A stretch of 64,000 nucleotides of DNA from IMG/VR virus record IMGVR_UViG_3300025072_000003; one strand, written 5' to 3'. A model generated the notes under the pieces. The model worked only from the letters and a program-made list of their open reading frames with translations. It had not been told where the DNA came from and ran no database searches. The DNA comes from an uncultured virus (IMG/VR IMGVR_UViG_3300025072_000003) (Duplodnaviria; Heunggongvirae; Uroviricota; Caudoviricetes). The position numbers and the translations under genes are program-made. This document shows, piece by piece, positions 58,849-64,000 of this stretch. The number at the start of each line of letters is the position of its first letter. The stretch's first letter is position 1.

Positions 58849-60159
58849 TCATAAAGTCTCTTTCGTAGTTTTGGTAGGCTTTGTACCCTTGCCAGTAAAT
58901 TCAATAATTGCTTTTGCAAGATTGTGTTGATGTCGCTTATTGCGACTTTCTCGATGAATCTTTCCTAACACTATAGCAAATTCAGCCCTGCAATCATCGC
59001 CATAGTATTCGCCAATCTTATCCACTGTCTTGGGTATGATTTCATCTTTCCCGAGAGATCGCAATGAAGAAATTAAATCAAGATAAGCTTGACGAGCTAA
59101 GTCTTTCTCTTCATTCCACTCAACAACCCTTTTAGGACCTCTGCCTTTGGGATACGCTTTCTTCTTCATCTTTTCTGGTCTTCTTCTTGGCGGGTACACA
59201 GAAGGCTCAACCTTCTTTCCTTTTGGCTCAGATGTTCCTGCCCAAAAACCATCTGGCTTTAATCCTTCCTTCTTCTTTTTATCAAGAAGTTTCACAGCGT
59301 CCTTTTTTGCTTTTTCCAATGCTTCACGTTGCAAAAGAGTCATGAAACCCGAACGTCTTTCTGCTTGCTTTCTAGCCTCCACTAACGCTGAATTATTAGA
59401 TGCATCTGCGCCTGTCAAGCAACCGCACCTTTCCCAATAAACATTTCCGCCATATTGCATGAATCCCACACCATTAACAATGTCACCAGATCTTAGTCCA
59501 ATTTCCTTAAATGGTATTTCAAGCCTAACCCATTCGCCACCCTTTGGCAAATCTCCCATGTTGTGATAATACAAATCGCCACTATCTGTCAATTTTGGAA
59601 ACAATAAATCTTCGCCCCAATAAGCACGATGACACCATTGGTTGTTGTGCTGGATTTCTATTAAAATAGTTTTTGGATTGTTTAGTTTGTGATGAAACTT
59701 TACATAAACGAAAAAGGAATCACCTACAATTTCCATCTTCCTGTTATAAATCGCGTGTTCACTTCGCTTATCGCCGTCACCCGATCCAGAATTATGGTAT
59801 TGAATTCGAGAACGAATAGATCCATCCATCTTCTCTGCTGTGCTATACAGCCATTGCCCAGAAGCAATCTCGCCATGCTTAATGCTTGCATCGCCTTCAA
59901 TCCAAACCTCTTCTTTAATATCAGAAGATGATTCAATTAAACCAGAGACTTTTTCTTTTGCCAAATCCTCTCTACAAGTTGTGTCTTCTTTCCAAGACTT
60001 TCTCTTTCCATCCAACCACTTCTCTGCTTTCCCAAGCACCTGTTCTGTAGTTAGATTTTCTCCCTCAGCGCTCAACCAAATAGTTGAACATGATGCTCCA
60101 CCTTGTCTTAGTTCGCACTTCCATACTCCGTTTTCTGAAAATATCTTTGTCTCAAACAT
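58849..60159 (-). CDS. multi-domain protein with a beta-sandwich-like module of PVC-bacterial type
   Basis: WCHRAYWGE...MGDLPKGGEWVRLEIP...GL..GDIVNGVGFMQYGGNVYW; AGGAG RBS. Confidence 0.75.
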   Translation of the reverse strand: MFETKIFSENGVWKCELRQGGASCSTIWLSAEGENLTTEQVLGKAEKWLDGKRKSWKEDTTCREDLAKEKVSGLIESSSDIKEEVWIEGDASIKHGEIASGQWLYSTAEKMDGSIRSRIQYHNSGSGDGDKRSEHAIYNRKMEIVGDSFFVYVKFHHKLNNPKTILIEIQHNNQWCHRAYWGEDLLFPKLTDSGDLYYHNMGDLPKGGEWVRLEIPFKEIGLRSGDIVNGVGFMQYGGNVYWERCGCLTGADASNNSALVEARKQAERRSGFMTLLQREALEKAKKDAVKLLDKKKKEGLKPDGFWAGTSEPKGKKVEPSVYPPRRRPEKMKKKAYPKGRGPKRVVEWNEEKDLARQAYLDLISSLRSLGKDEIIPKTVDKIGEYYGDDCRAEFAIVLGKIHRESRNKRHQHNLAKAIIEFTGKGTKPTKTTKETL

Positions 60160-60379
60160 TGTCTTCTCCTAGAGCTACACGCTCTTTCCAATTTGGCATA
60201 CACCTGTCTAACCAATTTTCTGCGCAGGCTTTAACGTTCACGTCTTTTTCATTTTTAATTATATTGCCATCTTTATCTTTGACAGGAACTTCGCCTCTAG
60301 CGCCTTTTTCAAAGAAATGAAGATTCCAATGATTTTTCTCATACAACAATTCTAACTTCAACCACTGATTATTATCCAT
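60152..60379 (-). CDS. hypothetical protein
   Basis: Shares A(E)xWLD....W with 58508..58711 and the N-terminus of 58849..60159. Confidence 0.65.
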   Translation of the reverse strand: MDNNQWLKLELLYEKNHWNLHFFEKGARGEVPVKDKDGNIIKNEKDVNVKACAENWLDRCMPNWKERVALGEDNV

Positions 60380-60743
60380 CCCATGTTCCCTTTGCCATAA
60401 AACTCAGGCATACGTGTTCGTTAATTTCTCCGACTTTCACACCTCTGTGATTGTATCCTTCCATCCAATTTCTTAATCTGAACGGCATTTTCCATACAAC
60501 ATAATCCTTTTCATAATACAGAGTTATGCAGTGATGCTGGACATCTACCTTTACAAGACTATCAAATCCTGGCGTTTCCTTCAATGCCATTGAAACTGGA
60601 TCTGGGAAATCATCATCGGAATAATACTCCTTGTTTAGATGATCTTGTGTTATCTTAAATTGAAATCTCTTCCAATCACCTTTGCAAGCAGTTCTTGACG
60701 TTGCCTTTGGTTTGGCAAAATTTCCAAATCCTATTGATGCCAT
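60372..60743 (-). CDS. hypothetical protein
   Basis: Coupled ORF. Confidence 0.7.
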   Translation of the reverse strand: MASIGFGNFAKPKATSRTACKGDWKRFQFKITQDHLNKEYYSDDDFPDPVSMALKETPGFDSLVKVDVQHHCITLYYEKDYVVWKMPFRLRNWMEGYNHRGVKVGEINEHVCLSFMAKGTWDG

Positions 60744-61120
60744 TATTTTTCCAACAATTGTAAGTGGTTTTCGAAAATAAATTCTGCCGTTACAGATTCT
60801 TTGCTTCTTCCAATTCCCAATTCTTTTCTTTGTCGGTTAGCGTCTTCAGATGCATCACTTGCATTTTTGCCGTTGACGTGAAAAATATATCGCTGTGAAA
60901 CACCACACATATTTCCTATTTGGCAAACAGTATATTTTTTATTACTGTTCAGAGAGATCTGTTCTCTCACATCTTCCAACTCGCCTATTTCGTCTGCCAT
61001 CTGTTTTTTCTCGTCAGCAGAGAATGCCATTGCATCATTGCCTAAAGAAGATCTCAATTTTCTGATAGAATCATTAATTGAATTTATGGCTCTAGTTGTT
61101 TGTCGTTCAGTAAGTTCCAT
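60743..61120 (-). CDS. hypothetical protein
   Basis: AGGA RBS; coupled. Confidence 0.7.
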   Translation of the reverse strand: MELTERQTTRAINSINDSIRKLRSSLGNDAMAFSADEKKQMADEIGELEDVREQISLNSNKKYTVCQIGNMCGVSQRYIFHVNGKNASDASEDANRQRKELGIGRSKESVTAEFIFENHLQLLEK

Positions 61121-61252
61121 TTCTAATTCCTACAAAAATAAAGGACTCTGATGCGCCAATTGGCTTAGAAAATGATCAGGGGGAGTGCCACTTTCTAGAA
61201 AATTACATCAGAGTCCTAACGTGTCAAATTTTACGAAATGTACGTTCTCTCT

Positions 61253-61513
61253 TCAATAATCATCATATTCGCCTTCACCATCCTCATCCTCATCCTCATA
61301 TTCGTCAATGTCACGAGGCTGATTCTGTTGATACAATCTCTCAGCTTCTTGGGATGATTTGGCTCTAAACTTGTAGCCAAGTGCCTCAGATAGGGAATTG
61401 ACGCCATTAATCCCCTTTACAGCCTCAGAAGGCAGGATTTCCCCGCCAGCAAATTGATCATTAAGCTGTTTAGCCATATCGGTCAACTGCTGTTCACTAA
61501 TCTTGTTATCCAT
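61253..61513 (-). CDS. small protein with acidic C-terminus
   Basis: GGGA RBS; DEYEDEDEDGEGEYDDY tail. Confidence 0.7.
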   Translation of the reverse strand: MDNKISEQQLTDMAKQLNDQFAGGEILPSEAVKGINGVNSLSEALGYKFRAKSSQEAERLYQQNQPRDIDEYEDEDEDGEGEYDDY

Positions 61514-61586
61514 GTTTTCCCTTTTCTTGTAAATACAGACAATCTTTTAGTCTATTATACTTCAAAAAGAGGCAAACTGTAAACAA

Positions 61587-61868
61587 CTATTCCAAGAAAT
61601 TTATGTAATCTATCATGGAACGATCAATAATAGCCTTTTGTAGTCTGTCGCCATTTAGATTCAATGTTGAAGCTATGGCTTGTCGTTCCCGCATTATGCG
61701 TAGTTCGTTCGCCTGATCCTCTAACAGCACATCGACAAATTCCTTCCAAACGCACATCGCACAAATACGACCCTCTGGACGTTCTTCCGTGCCGTGAACT
61801 CTTGCATATGTTGCAAAACTGGTTCCGCCTATCTCTGCCCCATTGCCTTCACATCTTGCGCATTTCAT
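61587..61868 (-). CDS. small Cys-containing protein
   Basis: CARC...CAMC; GGAG RBS. Confidence 0.65.
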   Translation of the reverse strand: MKCARCEGNGAEIGGTSFATYARVHGTEERPEGRICAMCVWKEFVDVLLEDQANELRIMRERQAIASTLNLNGDRLQKAIIDRSMIDYINFLE

Positions 61869-62443
61869 ACTCTCCCCTTCATCATTGCATGCCTCTTCCT
61901 CATCATCTTTACATGCTCTCTCAATTCGTTACGGTGATCCCTCAACTCTTCTAATGTCATTTCCACATCGCCCTTTAACTCATTGCAGGGAGAACACATT
62001 GTCTGATAATTGTCAAGGTTGTTTTTGCCGCCCTTTGATTTTGGAACAATATGATCTTTAGTCATTAAGATAAGTTCATTATCAACGACAGAGTATAAAT
62101 TAAAATGACACCCTCCATCTAAAACCCACTCGTCAAGGCTCATGTATTCTCCTTTTGCCCCACAACACATGCAAGATATACCTCTTGAGAACAAAGTATA
62201 TCGTTGAGAACAAATTTTTACAGAATGTTCAACTTCATCTACAACAAAAACCCTTCTTGTTTTGCGATACTTTTTATCTGATGGATCATCAACAAGCAAT
62301 AAGTGCTTAAATAATTCCTCTGGGTTGAAAAGTGCAAGACTGAAATATGGCATGTTGCCGTTACAGGAAATCCATGGAGCAATTCCAAGATCTTCTAACT
62401 TTGAATATTCAATGTCTATGACTTCACTCATTGTGTTTCCCAT
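61865..62443 (-). CDS. HNH endonuclease
   Basis: CMCCG...TKDHIVPKSKGGKNNLDNYQTMCSPCNELKG. Confidence 0.9.
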   Translation of the reverse strand: MGNTMSEVIDIEYSKLEDLGIAPWISCNGNMPYFSLALFNPEELFKHLLLVDDPSDKKYRKTRRVFVVDEVEHSVKICSQRYTLFSRGISCMCCGAKGEYMSLDEWVLDGGCHFNLYSVVDNELILMTKDHIVPKSKGGKNNLDNYQTMCSPCNELKGDVEMTLEELRDHRNELREHVKMMRKRHAMMKGRV

Positions 62444-62555
62444 TTCATTATTGATAAAATCAAACCAATTACCATCGTACTTGTCGCTATCAAAGAACCG
62501 TTAAGTAATACAACGTCCATGTTGATTTCCCCCTAAAGTAAAATTAAAACGCCCC

Positions 62556-62897
62556 TCAATCCCTTTCGTCATAGTCTCCATACGGAAGATTGTCATAGTC
62601 CTGATTGAATTGTCTGCTAGAGTATTCCTGGTGGTCGTTTAATTTTTTATTTGAAGCCGCAAGTCTCTTTTTAAGAGATGCGATTTCATCCCTTTGTTCT
62701 CTTAATTTTTCAAATACCAATTCTGCCAATGCGCAAGTCCGATGTTGCCAGTAATCATTTAGATGGAATTCGTATGGATAACACTCTTTCTCTAGTCCCC
62801 CATAAGGAACTAAATTAAAACTGTTTACAAGATTCAATGGATCGTCTGTATCCAATGCTTCTCTTATTTCGTCTATTCCTGGCGTTTTCACAATCAA
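62556..62897 (-). CDS. hypothetical protein
   Basis: GGAGA RBS. Confidence 0.7.
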   Translation of the reverse strand: MIVKTPGIDEIREALDTDDPLNLVNSFNLVPYGGLEKECYPYEFHLNDYWQHRTCALAELVFEKLREQRDEIASLKKRLAASNKKLNDHQEYSSRQFNQDYDNLPYGDYDERD

Positions 62898-62925
62898 TTC
62901 TCCAAAGGGATTCCATTAAAAAACT

Positions 62926-63198
62926 TCATTCAATCATCTCCATTCCCAAAACCCAAAATAACACACCTACAAAGTATGCAACTATGGCAATGAGTAGCGT
63001 TACAAAACTTCTAATGAACCACAGTAACACAAGCCAAAAAATGGCTGCGAATGTTAATTCATCTCCATTAATCATTTTAACAATGTCAAAAATTGCTGTT
63101 GCAATAACATAAATTTCGTAAACCACTCCACCGAATGCTCCAAGAACGAAACACGCAACAGACAAAACAAGTAGGCATACTCCACTAATGTTTTTCAT
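62926..63198 (-). CDS. membrane protein
   Basis: Almost entirely hydrophobic; coupled start. Confidence 0.7.
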   Translation of the reverse strand: MKNISGVCLLVLSVACFVLGAFGGVVYEIYVIATAIFDIVKMINGDELTFAAIFWLVLLWFIRSFVTLLIAIVAYFVGVLFWVLGMEMIE

Positions 63199-63560
63199 AA
63201 TCCACCTGTCCTTTTTACGTTCTTACGCTTAAGACTAATAGACACTACATCACCCTGACCTTCATTTCCAACGATGCGCCGCTGAGAGTTGGCTATTTTC
63301 TCTGCGTCTCCAAAATCTTTTGCAAAAACTTTAAACAGATGTCCACAAGGTTTTCCAATCAGGTCAGTTCCATCGCTTATAATTTCATATTCGTGAAGAA
63401 ACTTAAAACGTGGCTTAGTAATTGAATTAACCAATGATTCAAGTTGTTCATATGAAACCGTTTGTCCACCATATGCCAAGTCTAGACACTCAACTTGCGT
63501 TTCATTTAATGTCGCAATTTTGTCCCATAAAGCTTCTATTTGCTCGTCGCTTAAACTCAT
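63195..63560 (-). CDS. hypothetical protein
   Basis: Coupled on both sides. Confidence 0.7.
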   Translation of the reverse strand: MSLSDEQIEALWDKIATLNETQVECLDLAYGGQTVSYEQLESLVNSITKPRFKFLHEYEIISDGTDLIGKPCGHLFKVFAKDFGDAEKIANSQRRIVGNEGQGDVVSISLKRKNVKRTGGL

Positions 63561-63970
63561 GCTGTCACCATTGCCTTGTTCTTCCAGTAATTAAAAGACT
63601 CACGCATTTGTGACTCAAACTCTTCGGGAGTCATATTGGTTGCTGTTCCACCATCTGAGCCAAAATGGTTGTGCATGAGAGTCATAGTCGCAATGGGTGC
63701 CAATTCATCAGTAGGATGACCATTGATTGCTATGACTTCATATTCAGCATCAGTCTCAGCACCTTCGTCCTCTTCCAGAACATCATGACCGTAAAGAACT
63801 ACCTGAACACGCTTGGCAGGAATCTTTTTAGTTTCCCTAATTACATGTGTGCTTTTTCGTGGTTCTTCTCCCTCACTGCGCGACTTGAATTCGCCAACCA
63901 GCTTATCGCCTTCCTTCAACTCAACTACGCCAGTATAGAAGTTGTCTGGTGGGACTTCTACCAGAATCAC
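63557..63970 (-). CDS. hypothetical protein
   Basis: GAGG RBS; 137 aa. Confidence 0.7.
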   Translation of the reverse strand: MILVEVPPDNFYTGVVELKEGDKLVGEFKSRSEGEEPRKSTHVIRETKKIPAKRVQVVLYGHDVLEEDEGAETDAEYEVIAINGHPTDELAPIATMTLMHNHFGSDGGTATNMTPEEFESQMRESFNYWKNKAMVTA

Positions 63971-64000
63971 TCCCTCACGATAACCGGGGGAGATACCACC

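Noticed and set aside
61865..62443. HNH endonuclease as the mobiliser of the array
   Set aside because: It lies 11 kb outside the array, and free-standing HNH genes are common in phages; nothing in the sequence links it to the element.
11070..63112. Numerous + strand ORFs inside the minus-strand block
   Set aside because: Antisense shadows of RBS-supported minus-strand genes. Only 34770, 50911 and 51688 have independent support.
1..64000. Alternative genetic code (stop-codon reassignment) as the reason for the short ORFs
   Set aside because: Recognisable enzymes (helicase, Thg1, GT25, PcfJ, HNH) are intact in the standard code, and TAA, TAG and TGA all occur at coupled gene ends or element boundaries.

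Overview
This window looks like part of a large (jumbo-type) dsDNA bacteriophage genome. It is densely packed with short hypothetical ORFs that have GGAG/GAGG ribosome-binding sites, and it contains no core structural or replication operon. A plus-strand gene block (1-7 kb) converges on a long minus-strand block (7.5-64 kb). The dominant structure is a ~43 kb array (7.85-50.5 kb). In it, about 69 copies (counted by eye) of a fixed-length 26-bp element, TTGAYYGARA-N8-TCTGACAA on the + strand, all in one orientation, separate units of one or a few small genes or ncRNAs. ORF stop codons often sit flush against the element or inside it. The 8-bp spacer occurs in positional blocks, and one gene is bracketed by a perfect 73-bp direct repeat. 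This reads as a gene-cassette system (a recombination site and/or a modular phage promoter), but no recombinase or sigma factor is visible in this window. Recognisable genes: SF1 UvrD/Rep-like helicase, PcfJ-like protein, YhaM-like HD hydrolase, GT25 glycosyltransferase, Thg1-like tRNA(His) guanylyltransferase, HNH endonuclease, tRNA-Glu(TTC) and tRNA-Arg(TCT). There are also two unusual structured ncRNA candidates, two further dispersed DNA motifs and several small paralog families. Domain content hints at a Planctomycetota/PVC host (inference). All protein family calls come from motif recognition by eye, not from database searches.
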